This document shows, in pieces, positions 7,475-16,431 of a DNA stretch of 33,901 bases (within the stretch, counting starts at the first letter, position 1; each line of letters starts with the position of its first letter). This DNA is from a virus (lineage: Duplodnaviria; Caudoviricetes). Under the pieces are notes generated by a model that was not told the DNA's origin, ran no database searches, and saw only the letters and a list, made by a program, of their open reading frames with translations. The translations under genes and the position numbers were made by a program. The stretch covers positions 1 to 33,901 of IMG/VR virus record IMGVR_UViG_3300020043_005745; one strand, given 5' to 3'.

Positions 7475-8202
7475 ACCGGGAACCTCCATTCCCCTTGGCT
7501 TGTTGGGCTAAGAACATTCACGATGCAATCCTTGTCGCTGTATTCGCCCCAAGCGATGCCGTGTTGCCACGCCAAGGTTGAGCGGTTGCGCCTTGCGTAT
7601 CCCATAGCGTCCACATTGGCTAGGCATCCGATTGACCAACCCACGGGTGCGCCAACGCTTCGGCCAGCCGCGCGATCAACCCGATGAAGATGCCCAAAGA
7701 CGCAAGACTTCCGAAGCATCTCGGCGTGGTCGCGAGTCGCCATCTGGTTAAACATAAAGCCGTGTCCGAAGAGTGTCCCGCCAAACTCCCGCCATCCTTT
7801 CGCAATATCGTATTGGACTATTTCACAACGAAGGTCTTTGCAGGTTTGGTGAATGTCGGCAAGGCAACTGGTCGCACAATGGGAAAGAATTGCATTGGGG
7901 GAATATTGATGTTCATAGGCGCGATGCTCGTGGTTGCCAATCCAAAAAACATTACATTCGAGAAGGCGTAAAAAGTTTATCCCCGCGCGGAAATCCTCGG
8001 AGATGCTTGCGGCCCGATCCGCAGAATCAGGAGAACGCATCGCCCCGGAACGAAAGGCCGCTAGGTCTATGGCATCCCCCAAGTGAAGCGTAAGGTCGGG
8101 CTTCCAGCGTCTCTTAAATTCTAGCGCGGCCTTGGTTGCCTTGGCATCGGCTAGATGGCCGTGCGAGCAAGAAACAGCTAAAAACTTTTTCCACTTCGTC
8201 AT
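7471..8202 (-). CDS. calcineurin-like metallophosphoesterase
   Basis: Motifs SCSH (Cys at the usual Asp of DxH), LGDAID, GNHE, HG and GHLHR. Confidence 0.88.
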   Translation of the reverse strand: MTKWKKFLAVSCSHGHLADAKATKAALEFKRRWKPDLTLHLGDAIDLAAFRSGAMRSPDSADRAASISEDFRAGINFLRLLECNVFWIGNHEHRAYEHQYSPNAILSHCATSCLADIHQTCKDLRCEIVQYDIAKGWREFGGTLFGHGFMFNQMATRDHAEMLRKSCVFGHLHRVDRAAGRSVGAPVGWSIGCLANVDAMGYARRNRSTLAWQHGIAWGEYSDKDCIVNVLSPTSQGEWRFPV

Positions 8203-8561
8203 TTGTCCTTGCCTGTAATGGTGAACCATATCGCCCGACAATTTTCCCTTGCGGTAGGGTTTGTTAATTCCAAATCGGTCATGCCTTCGTAAGCAAGCTC
8301 CATAATAATTCTCATGGATTGGCGAAGGGTTAAAAGATAGGTCACTTGGTCAATCGTCTCCTCGATTGCATTTTCAACAATGCGGGCGGCTGGCATATTC
8401 CAAAGTTTCGTTCCTTGGTAGGCTTGAACTCCGGCCTTGTATTTTCGGTCAAGCAAATCGCAAGTCGCCAGCTTTATTTGTTCGAGGTGGTAGCGGTGGG
8501 CTTCGGTAAATTCAAACTCAAGTTGCTTTGATTTCTCGGCCACAACCTTGCTCGTTGTCAT
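8199..8561 (-). CDS. all-alpha NTP pyrophosphohydrolase-like (MazG-like) protein
   Basis: 'KYKAGVQAYQG...ENAIEETIDQVTYL' contains an EExxD metal-binding helix. Confidence 0.5.
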   Translation of the reverse strand: MTTSKVVAEKSKQLEFEFTEAHRYHLEQIKLATCDLLDRKYKAGVQAYQGTKLWNMPAARIVENAIEETIDQVTYLLTLRQSMRIIMELAYEGMTDLELTNPTARENCRAIWFTITGKDK

Positions 8562-8565
8562 TTGT

Positions 8566-9072
8566 TTAACGACTAGACCAAGGACGCTTCTTGAAAATAC
8601 TTTTCTTTTCCTTTTTCACCTCGGCTTTTTGTGGGCTAATAAGTTCGCGCCAGCCTTTCACATCTGCCGATTCGAGGTGAGGGGTTTCCCAGTCCAAACG
8701 CCGAAGCCCCCCGGTTGCCTTAGCGATCTTGTGGGCGATTTCATAGGATTCCTCGTCATCCCACGCCGCCGTCCATCCGACTTTATTTTCGGCTAGGGGA
8801 ACAAAGTCAATCGCCCTTGCGCCCTCTCCTTGGTCGATATGGAGCGATTGCGGGGGATAGCCCCGCGCATTTGTGACTTTGGGGCCGGGAAGCGACCGCC
8901 CTTTTTTATATAGCTCTTCCTGTTCGTCTTGAGTCCTAGCCGAGCAGTAAATTAAAACATATAGCTTCTTTGCCCAGCAATCTTGGAACCATTTTGTGAC
9001 TGATTTTGCGAAGTTCTTTTCCAGCTTCTTTATATGGCCTTCGCTACGCTCTAAAGCCTGTTTAAGCGTCAT
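8566..9072 (-). CDS. endolysin, M15 family (L-Ala-D-Glu-type) peptidase
   Basis: 'RTQDEQEELY..GR..PGPKVTNA...SLH...AIDF...ETPHLE'. Confidence 0.88.
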   Translation of the reverse strand: MTLKQALERSEGHIKKLEKNFAKSVTKWFQDCWAKKLYVLIYCSARTQDEQEELYKKGRSLPGPKVTNARGYPPQSLHIDQGEGARAIDFVPLAENKVGWTAAWDDEESYEIAHKIAKATGGLRRLDWETPHLESADVKGWRELISPQKAEVKKEKKSIFKKRPWSSR

Positions 9073-9350
9073 TTGTGTTCCGCCCTAGCCCTCCACCTCT
9101 CCCCCTCGGCAATCGCATTGGAAAGCTCCACAAGTGCCTTTGCGTACTGCTCCCGTAGCTTATTATTGTAAATCTTGGTTTCTTTTTCAACCCTCTCCCA
9201 ATCCTCCATTAACCCCAAGATGTCGGAGGATGTCGGGTAAGAGTAGGTGATTTCTTGGGTGGTAGTGGCGCAACCGCTAACGATCAATCCAGAAAGCGTT
9301 ACGCTCAACACCACGAACCCAACCATCAATAGACTTTTTGCGCTTATCAT
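9069..9350 (-). CDS. lipoprotein, putative o-spanin
   Basis: Hydrophobic signal plus lipobox VSGC. Overlaps the upstream TM gene in another frame. The start could be at 9326. Confidence 0.65.
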   Translation of the reverse strand: MISAKSLLMVGFVVLSVTLSGLIVSGCATTTQEITYSYPTSSDILGLMEDWERVEKETKIYNNKLREQYAKALVELSNAIAEGERWRARAEHK

Positions 9351-9465
9351 TCTTTTCTTCTATTTCTTGGTCGGCCTTTTGCAAGCGGGTTTTTGCTCGA
9401 TTCTTAAGCCACCAGACCCACGCCCCAATCAAAGCCCCTGCGATTGCAAGGACTCCCTCGATCAT
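9277..9465 (-). CDS. putative i-spanin-like protein
   Basis: N-terminal TM followed by a charged helix. Located between the holin and the lipoprotein. Confidence 0.55.
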   Translation of the reverse strand: MIEGVLAIAGALIGAWVWWLKNRAKTRLQKADQEIEEKNDKRKKSIDGWVRGVERNAFWIDR

Positions 9466-9632
9466 TTCCGGCTAAACTTGGCGAGGAAATCAACAACCTT
9501 TTGCAAGGTGTTCTCCGGTTCGTCACCGGGAATCAGCTGGGCGATGGCGATAACCGCGCCCAAAAGAGCCGTGATTGCGCCGAGCCAAGCGAACAAGTCC
9601 GTGCTTTGGATAAGATTAATGATGGTTTCCAT
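9462..9632 (-). CDS. putative holin (56 aa, not in ORF track)
   Basis: Hand-translated METIINLIQSTDLFAWLGAITALLGAVIAIAQLIPGDEPENTLQKVVDFLAKFSRK. First gene of the lysis cassette, with an ATGA overlap. Confidence 0.7.
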   Translation of the reverse strand: METIINLIQSTDLFAWLGAITALLGAVIAIAQLIPGDEPENTLQKVVDFLAKFSRK

Positions 9633-9649
9633 ACGATTTTCCTAGTGTC

Positions 9650-9837
9650 AATTAGGCATCTGGGCAGACAACGCCCCGAGGCATTCCAAAGTTGGAGACA
9701 CTACAATTAGTGGATCATGTCTTGCGGGATTTAGCCCGCCCCTCCGTATGATCTCTCGGGCCTTCCCATTTCTGGGCTTGGCTCGCCCTCGCTTCTGGCT
9801 TGGCGATTAGAAGGGTTTTAGTTGTCTTCTCCAATTA
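9650..9837 (-). ncRNA. candidate structured non-coding RNA, unassigned
   Basis: Eight nested helices can be read by eye, including a GAAA tetraloop on the minus strand, in a gap without a convincing ORF. Confidence 0.6.
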
Positions 9838-9848
9838 AAAACATCTTG

Positions 9849-10790
9849 TCACATCGCAAAGACCGTAAGCCAATAATCTCTTCCTTCCTCTGATTGTGTT
9901 TTAATTGGCGGAATGGGAGTGCCAGATATAAAATTAAATTCAATCGGCCCGTTTGGGCGCGGTTCTCCGTATTGGTTTCCTTGGCTTCCAGTTCTTCGAA
10001 ATGCTTTATGTCCTCCCCATGCCTCATAATAAAACAACAATGTGCAGGATTTTGGAGAATCAAAAAGTCCGTTAGAACAAATATTCAGCTTTTCTGCAAT
10101 CAAATCTAGGTCTTCATCGGTTTTTGGATTTCTAAAACAAGTCGCCTCTTCTTCTGTGTTTGGGATATATGGGCTGAAATAATACCATGGGGCGATTCTT
10201 GGAAATTGTGATTCTTCATTTCCGGGCGGAAAGTTTTTTGGGAGTCCTGCCTCCCACATTTCTTGCGCCGGGAATGGCGGGGCGTTGTTTTCATTCCTCT
10301 TTTCCGGGCTATATCGAAAACAATGAATATAGTTTGGAAACTCTATGAAAGAATTATATTCATCTTCTTTGTTTCCAAGATTCCTGCTTTCCCTGCCCCA
10401 TCTCCAAGTGCGATAACATTTAAAAAGGTCTCCCTCTGGGTCTTCTGGAAAGATAATTTTGCTATCCACATTTGGCGGGGGGTTCTCGCCATAATCGTGA
10501 ACGATACATTCTTTTGCGATATAAACCCTTGAACAGAACCACTTGTAATAAAAGGATTCGCTATATCTTTTCTTTCCTCCAGCACCGCCCTCATTCGGCC
10601 AATTCGGGTAGTTTGGGCCGAATCTTTGTGTATCGTCCGGCATCATCGTTGTTGGCGGTTCGCTTCCCTTGGTTACGGTGTTGCCTTCATAAACCTTTTC
10701 CATGTAGGCATAGGGGCCGCACCGAACCCTGCAATCAATGGGGGTTGCGACTGCGGTGTGATCCCAACCCATCCCGACTTGCCAAAGCAT
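9849..10790 (-). CDS. hypothetical protein, possibly tail-associated
   Basis: 313 aa, rich in Pro, Trp, Cys and Tyr. Last gene of the tail module. Confidence 0.6.
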   Translation of the reverse strand: MLWQVGMGWDHTAVATPIDCRVRCGPYAYMEKVYEGNTVTKGSEPPTTMMPDDTQRFGPNYPNWPNEGGAGGKKRYSESFYYKWFCSRVYIAKECIVHDYGENPPPNVDSKIIFPEDPEGDLFKCYRTWRWGRESRNLGNKEDEYNSFIEFPNYIHCFRYSPEKRNENNAPPFPAQEMWEAGLPKNFPPGNEESQFPRIAPWYYFSPYIPNTEEEATCFRNPKTDEDLDLIAEKLNICSNGLFDSPKSCTLLFYYEAWGGHKAFRRTGSQGNQYGEPRPNGPIEFNFISGTPIPPIKTQSEEGRDYWLTVFAM

Positions 10791-10809
10791 AAGGATTTCT
10801 AGTTTTTGG

Positions 10810-12639
10810 CTAGTAGCCTATAACCGTGATTCGATAGGTTGCCGTGGCTGGCGTGATGTTTCCATTGGTTGCATTGATGCAATCAATCTCAAGGCCGTTT
10901 GCGGTGGTGACATGACCAGCAAAGGCGATTCCGTTGTCCATATTTGCGGGAAGCCCCATAAGAACAATATCATTAAGACTGCACCCAGTAACCGTCACGC
11001 TAACGGAGTTTGTGCTGTTTGAGCCAACAAGCCCAAAATAAAGGCTTGCAGTTGTGGTTAGGGTTTTAAGCGATCCCGGCAATACGCCATAAGTTGCAGA
11101 AGATGGGATAAGCCCAAGGGATATAACATTTGAAACTACATTGGCTTGGGTTGGCTGGGTAAAGGCAATAATCCCGCTTTTGGTTATCGAATTGGCTATA
11201 TTGATTCCAGTTCCTTGAGATGTTGGGGCAGTTCCAAAAAATCCAAGGTTCCCCGCCACCGCAAGGGTTCCGCCAAAGGAAACCGCGCCAATCGCAGTAA
11301 TTGTGCTGTTGGCATATAAAGCCCCCCCGAAACTAACCGCTCCGCTTGCCGTGATTGTTGAATTTACATATAGGGGACTTGTGGAAATTGTTACCCCTGT
11401 TCCAGATAAATCCAGCTTGCTATTGCCAAACAAGGACTGCTCATAATCCACAACGGTTGTGCCGCTTGAGTTTTTCAGCTTCCTGTTGGTTGCGTCCACA
11501 TTGGCCGTGGAATCCTCAACATATTGGGCGGCAATCTCGGCAGATGTGAGATAAACCGCTTGATCTGCCGGAACAGCAGAGCCAGTAATTATCAAATCGT
11601 TTCTTGTAAATGTTACTGCCGTGGACAGGACGGTTTGGGGTTTCCCTGCATCGGAAATTTCAACCTCCATCTTTAGGGCGGTGATGCCGGAGTTTAGAAG
11701 ATTCTCCATTTGAGCCGTGTTGAAGGTAACGGTTGCCGTTTTGTAGGGAGGCCGGAACAAGGCCGAATCATTCACAAGCAGGGCTGTGGCGATATTGGTC
11801 TGAGAAAGATTCCCGACAAAGGCAATACCAAATTTCCCATTCGCACCAGATACGCGAACATTGGGTTGGCTTATACCGTTAGTATCGCGGTATTCCCCGA
11901 TGGATGTTAGCTTGGCAAGTTCGGCCTGTATCTGCTCCGCGTTGGCATTGTAAGAGATGCCCGCCGTTTGATTTCCAAAGAGAAGGTTGTATTGACCAGC
12001 ATAAACATTGTCATTGATTTCAAGCGAATAGGTTTCGCTTTGGCTGGCCGAACCCTGCTGGGTAAGGGTAAGGGTTGCCCCTCCCGTTGTCTGTGAATTA
12101 TTCCAAGAATCTTGAAAAATTGCGGGAGACTGGGCAAGTCTTACAATCTGCCTTAACGGAACATTGGGGGCCGCGCTCCTTGTGGTATTGATAAGGATGG
12201 AACTTTGCGGGTAAAGTGTAAGGGAGTCTCCCCCAAGACCCGCAGTTGTCCCGGCAAAAACGCCAGCGGTGGTCGCTGTGATTTGATAGGCCGAATCAAC
12301 TCCAGTAACCGCAACCACGGAAGCAGAAAGGGCGTTGGCAAGAGCCGTCTGCACCGAGGCCGCGCTGGCATTGTAGCTTATGGCCGAGGAGGTGATTCCA
12401 TTGAAAGTAAGTTTAAACTCTCCGTCCGTTGGAGTGGCGGCGGTTGCCCCAATCCCAAACTTTATTGAGGAAGATGAAAAATCAAGATAGTCGTATTCAA
12501 TCCCGTTATACTTAAGAAGACCAATTTCAAAGTTCGGGGAATCTCCTCGGTCAAAATTGGGAAGGACAAATGAGCCTCCAAAACGATTTGCCAAAAGTTG
12601 CTTTGCATCAACATCAATCAAAAGGGTAAAGACATTCAT
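10810..12639 (-). CDS. tail tip/fibre structural protein
   Basis: 609 aa, rich in S/T/G/A. Two 'G.F.L.F...T..ISYNA.A..(V/I)Q..L' repeats and tandem 'LYxNSTITAxGAVSFGG' repeats. Confidence 0.7.
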   Translation of the reverse strand: MNVFTLLIDVDAKQLLANRFGGSFVLPNFDRGDSPNFEIGLLKYNGIEYDYLDFSSSSIKFGIGATAATPTDGEFKLTFNGITSSAISYNASAASVQTALANALSASVVAVTGVDSAYQITATTAGVFAGTTAGLGGDSLTLYPQSSILINTTRSAAPNVPLRQIVRLAQSPAIFQDSWNNSQTTGGATLTLTQQGSASQSETYSLEINDNVYAGQYNLLFGNQTAGISYNANAEQIQAELAKLTSIGEYRDTNGISQPNVRVSGANGKFGIAFVGNLSQTNIATALLVNDSALFRPPYKTATVTFNTAQMENLLNSGITALKMEVEISDAGKPQTVLSTAVTFTRNDLIITGSAVPADQAVYLTSAEIAAQYVEDSTANVDATNRKLKNSSGTTVVDYEQSLFGNSKLDLSGTGVTISTSPLYVNSTITASGAVSFGGALYANSTITAIGAVSFGGTLAVAGNLGFFGTAPTSQGTGINIANSITKSGIIAFTQPTQANVVSNVISLGLIPSSATYGVLPGSLKTLTTTASLYFGLVGSNSTNSVSVTVTGCSLNDIVLMGLPANMDNGIAFAGHVTTANGLEIDCINATNGNITPATATYRITVIGY

Positions 12640-12648
12640 GGATGGGGC

Positions 12649-13041
12649 TTAAGTTCTTGTTGTGTCAATCTGAACATACGAAAGAGGCTGTTCTTGGTCA
12701 TAAACCGCGCTTGTGTTTGCTGGCTGGGTGGCAACGCAAATCAAGAGCAGGTCGCCCGAATATGGGTTATCTTCTTGCTTGGTAAGAAACCCAATCTCAA
12801 TGGGTGTTCCATTCGAACAAACATTTACACTTAGGGATGTAAATTTTAAATATTGTGCGGTTACTCCGCTGACCAAGCCAATTTTTGAGCCTTCATCGGT
12901 TCTTGTTATATTGATTCCTCGCCCTGCAAGCGGTGTTCTGGATTTAACGGAATCCTCCAAATCATGCAGATACTTAATCGTAAGAACAGAGCCATCATCA
13001 AATTGCGGGACTGCGCCTTTATTGGTCGAGCCTTCCTTCAT
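12649..13041 (-). CDS. putative tail protein
   Basis: Position after the tape measure gene. 'TPLAGRGINITRTDEG' and 'VNVCSNGTP'. Confidence 0.55.
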   Translation of the reverse strand: MKEGSTNKGAVPQFDDGSVLTIKYLHDLEDSVKSRTPLAGRGINITRTDEGSKIGLVSGVTAQYLKFTSLSVNVCSNGTPIEIGFLTKQEDNPYSGDLLLICVATQPANTSAVYDQEQPLSYVQIDTTRT

Positions 13042-13643
13042 GTCGGCAAGAATCCTTTTGTTGCCGTTGCCCTAACTCTCCATAATGCGCCAGCCTTTTC
13101 AATCGAAGAACCCGTGATTCTGGTCTGCGATGTGTTGATTTGCCGACCTCCTGTAACATTGGCTGGCCTATCCTGCAAAATCTCAACATTCATAGACCCG
13201 ACTATCTGTTGAGCTATTCCCCTTGCAGGGCCATCGCTGGCAGAAGATGAGTTGGTTGTTACGGTAACTGACGGTGAAAGCCATTGAAGTTTATACTGAA
13301 CTTGCACTTGAACCAAAGGAAGGGTGATTAGGCCGGGTTCCACGCTTTCATTATAGGAATACGATGACTCGCTATAATATAAAGAAGAGGATGATCCGCC
13401 CTCTGCCGAAACGCGAATCCTTTGCAACCCTTGAACAATATTTTCTAGGTTTCTCCTAACAACCCTAAATGAACCAGATGGCTGGTTGGGAACTCCGCTA
13501 ACAACTGAATCCAACGGATAAAGGCCGGAAACATCCCTTCCAACAACGCTAAACTGGAAGGCCGTAATTCCGTCCCTTCCGTTATCAGAAATAATGTCTG
13601 TTTCAAATTGTGGGCTATCCCCCCCGATGATTGTTGCGGCCAT
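13038..13643 (-). CDS. putative distal tail/hub protein
   Basis: Directly follows the tape measure gene, is beta-rich, and has an N-terminus MAATIIG resembling the tube-like paralogs. Confidence 0.55.
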   Translation of the reverse strand: MAATIIGGDSPQFETDIISDNGRDGITAFQFSVVGRDVSGLYPLDSVVSGVPNQPSGSFRVVRRNLENIVQGLQRIRVSAEGGSSSSLYYSESSYSYNESVEPGLITLPLVQVQVQYKLQWLSPSVTVTTNSSSASDGPARGIAQQIVGSMNVEILQDRPANVTGGRQINTSQTRITGSSIEKAGALWRVRATATKGFLPT

Positions 13644-13647
13644 ATAA

Positions 13648-15045
13648 TTATTGAGGAACTGCGGCTGGGATTTTCTTTGATAAATCCTCTATGGATTTTT
13701 TAAGAGAATCCAATACGCCTCTTAGTGGTTCTTGCGGTGTTTTTGCCCTTGTTGCTCTTTGTGCCGCAACTCCGGCGGCCAAAACCTCCGGGGAAACCCC
13801 GGCCTCTTCCGCCATAACTCTTTGTGCCATGCTTGGCATTTCTGCCGCAACTTGCTGTTCTGCGAGCCTTTTTCTTATATCTTGCTTTGAAACGCCAATT
13901 CCCTCTTGAACAGATGCAACATTTGCCATTTCTTGTAGGGTGGCCTCACGAAGCCTAAAATTTTCTCTTGTTACATCAATTTCTCGCCTACGCCGCGCAA
14001 CTCTAAGAGCTTGCTCGCCAGCCCTTCCCTGCAACAAAAATTGTGCGCCCTCCGTCTCCCTTCTCCTTATTTCTTGTCTCTTTTTATCTTGTCTATCCAA
14101 TTCGTTTGCCGCCTCTCTTGAGGATTCCAAGATTCTTCTATTTGCGTCTTCCGCCGCTTTTGCCCTTTCTTGCTGGCTTCTCTTAAAGGCATCTTCATTC
14201 TTTCTGAATAACGCCTCTTCTTGTTGTTGAAGTGATTTTGACCCCTCCAATATTCTCGATAAATAATCTTCCTCTATTTTTTTGGCTTCCTCAGCCCTTT
14301 TTTTATCTTCTGCAATTCTTTCTTTGTTTAGAGCTATAAGAGTTTGAGTTGCTCTTGCCTGTTCGGCTAAAACCTTTAGCCTATCTTTATCGGCTTCCGT
14401 TATGCCCTTAATGTCGGAAATTTCTGCCAATCTTTTTCTAAAGTTAAGATTGATTTTGTAAATTTCCCCAAGCCTTCCCTCTAGGGTTGCTGAGATTTGG
14501 GCTTGGGCATTCTGTTCTGCTGTTTGATCTACAAGTTTTTGCCCAAGACGAATCCTTTCTTCAACTGCGCTGGCAAATGACTTTGCCGCCCTGTCCGCGT
14601 CCTCATTCATAAAGAATGCCGCAACAGATGCAAGCGGGCTTTGTTTAGATATTTTTTCCGCACTATCCTCGATTGCGGTTGTGAGTGTGTTAATTTTGCT
14701 GATTGTGTCTCCAATGCTTTCCCCGGCCTTTGCGCCTACGGCCTTATCTAGTCCATCGGCCAGCTTATTAAGCTCCTCTGCGGCGGCCTTGGCTTGATTA
14801 ACAATGGCCCCTAAGGCTGTCCCCCCAACTGCTCCCCCAATTAAAGATGGCCCAAGTCTAGATAGGGTTTTTGCAAGGTATTCTGAGGCGGTTCTTGCGC
14901 CAAACATTCTTTTCGCAAATTTGTCCACAAATTCGCCAGAACGCCGCGCCTTGTGGCCAACATTTTCAAGCTCCCTAGCCGCGAGTCTTGCGTTGGCAAC
15001 TCCGCTACGAACATCAAAATCAAGCTCTCCGCTTACCCTATACAT
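13648..15045 (-). CDS. tail tape measure protein (short)
   Basis: 465 aa, Ala-rich helical/coiled-coil with a Gly-rich hydrophobic patch, downstream of the frameshifted chaperone. Confidence 0.7.
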   Translation of the reverse strand: MYRVSGELDFDVRSGVANARLAARELENVGHKARRSGEFVDKFAKRMFGARTASEYLAKTLSRLGPSLIGGAVGGTALGAIVNQAKAAAEELNKLADGLDKAVGAKAGESIGDTISKINTLTTAIEDSAEKISKQSPLASVAAFFMNEDADRAAKSFASAVEERIRLGQKLVDQTAEQNAQAQISATLEGRLGEIYKINLNFRKRLAEISDIKGITEADKDRLKVLAEQARATQTLIALNKERIAEDKKRAEEAKKIEEDYLSRILEGSKSLQQQEEALFRKNEDAFKRSQQERAKAAEDANRRILESSREAANELDRQDKKRQEIRRRETEGAQFLLQGRAGEQALRVARRRREIDVTRENFRLREATLQEMANVASVQEGIGVSKQDIRKRLAEQQVAAEMPSMAQRVMAEEAGVSPEVLAAGVAAQRATRAKTPQEPLRGVLDSLKKSIEDLSKKIPAAVPQ

Positions 15046-15048
15046 TTT

Positions 15049-15852
15049 TTATAGTCCTTTGGCTTTCGCCCTATTCTGATAATAGGTTGTTAAATAATTT
15101 CTCATATCTGCCTCTATTGAAAAAAGGGCTTTTTTTAGCGGGGCATCCCTTCCTTCTATAATATCCGATCCACGAGCCGAATTATAGAAAAAGGCTCTAA
15201 ATACCGGGTATGTTGAGAACTTCGCCAAAACCCCGCCTTGTAGGCCAAGCATTTTTGAGGATGTTCCCTTTTGAAAATCAGTAGATAATTCAGCCGATGC
15301 CTTTAATCCGGCCCTCCTTGCTTCCCCGCTTTTGGCAAATGGCCTAAATAGCTCTAAAGCTGGAATCCACCCAGCTTTAATATATCCGGCCGACTTCCTT
15401 AAGGCTTTAATAAAATTATCAAAATAAATACCCATAGCACTTCCACCAAGACCGGGCTTTCCTTTTAGTTTTCTTCTATAATTCGCTATTAAAAACCCGG
15501 CTGGAACTGGTTGCGTCCTAGATGCCGCATATCTCAATTCTGGCTTGTTTTTATAGAAATTTTTTGTAGGCCGAATTTTTATGTTTCCAAATTTATCTTT
15601 TCTTTTGTTATATAATTTCCCGGCTCTTTGGCTTTTTCTAAAAGTCACATCTTGTTTTATATTTGAAACAATTTCAATAGCTTTCATTTCTTTTGTTAAT
15701 TGGTCTGCCGTTGTTCTGGGGGTAAATTTCATGGCTGTTGCTACAATATCAAAAGCCTTTGCGTTTAGGACTTCAACCGCTCCCCTATTTGTGGTTAGCA
15801 TATAGTCTTGGAGGGCGTTGGCAAAGCCGGTTGTGTCTATTTTGATGCCCAT
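15049..15852 (-). CDS. basic virion morphogenesis protein (tail completion/HK97 gp10-like)
   Basis: Very rich in K/R, with 'IDTTGFANAL...MKFTP...SAGYIKAGW'. Confidence 0.5.
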   Translation of the reverse strand: MGIKIDTTGFANALQDYMLTTNRGAVEVLNAKAFDIVATAMKFTPRTTADQLTKEMKAIEIVSNIKQDVTFRKSQRAGKLYNKRKDKFGNIKIRPTKNFYKNKPELRYAASRTQPVPAGFLIANYRRKLKGKPGLGGSAMGIYFDNFIKALRKSAGYIKAGWIPALELFRPFAKSGEARRAGLKASAELSTDFQKGTSSKMLGLQGGVLAKFSTYPVFRAFFYNSARGSDIIEGRDAPLKKALFSIEADMRNYLTTYYQNRAKAKGL

Positions 15853-15853
15853 A

Positions 15854-16431
15854 TTAAGATAATATCTTGTCTAATATCTTATCAATATTTGAGGAACGCC
15901 TTCTTACATCTATGCCCTTATTGATTAAAATTGCGTGTTCTAATTGGAATAGTTCTGCCTCTCCAATTTCCCAAAGAATATAGTCCTTATGCCACCCAAA
16001 CTCCTTGGCAAATAGCCAGATGGTTGCCGCGACCCCACCCGGCGAAACTATTTTGGGTTGCCACCGCCTTCTTTGGTATAAACTTTTGAGTCTGTGATTT
16101 CCTTAAAAACATCCTCAACAATTTTAACTGCATCAATAAAATCTTCTTCAACAAATTTATCTGCCCACTCAAGAACGGCCATACGGAATTTTGTTTTACT
16201 CCAACCCAATTCTACAAGCCTTTCCCTTGTGGTAACTAGGCAGAATAGAGTGCTCCAAATAAAAAACTCTGTCGAATCCTCCTCTTCTCTTATTTGATTG
16301 AGAATAATCCTATGGCCAAGGGTAAATTTATTTAGCTTTTGTCCCTTAAACTGCCTTTCTCCAAGTGTAAAAGCCTTATCTAAATTTTTGCTTAAAACTT
16401 CTTCATCTTTAATAAAATCCAAATCGCTCAT
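15854..16431 (-). CDS. tail assembly chaperone GT (programmed -1 frameshift product, ~192 aa)
   Basis: Slippery C-CCA-AAA (16051-16057) precedes the TAG. The -1 frame continues for 65 aa (IVSPGGVAATIWLFAKEFGWHKDYILWEIG...) to TAA at 15854. Confidence 0.85.
16048..16431 (-). CDS. tail assembly chaperone G
   Basis: 127-aa acidic protein ending in GNPK at the slippery site. Confidence 0.8.
   Translation of the reverse strand: MSDLDFIKDEEVLSKNLDKAFTLGERQFKGQKLNKFTLGHRIILNQIREEEDSTEFFIWSTLFCLVTTRERLVELGWSKTKFRMAVLEWADKFVEEDFIDAVKIVEDVFKEITDSKVYTKEGGGNPK

Noticed and set aside
9716-9835. Short TTG-initiated ORF across the structured element
   Set aside because: About 40 codons, no SD, and it does not explain the nested pairing. 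Not fully excluded.
9650-9837. Assignment as cobalamin riboswitch, twister ribozyme or tRNA
   Set aside because: Only fragments resemble them (GCCA...GGGAAGGC; TAA...GAGGG). The full consensus and topology are absent.
15987-16172. 61-aa ORF as the chaperone extension
   Set aside because: It is the +1 frame. The -1 frame has the slippery site and the GT-like motif.
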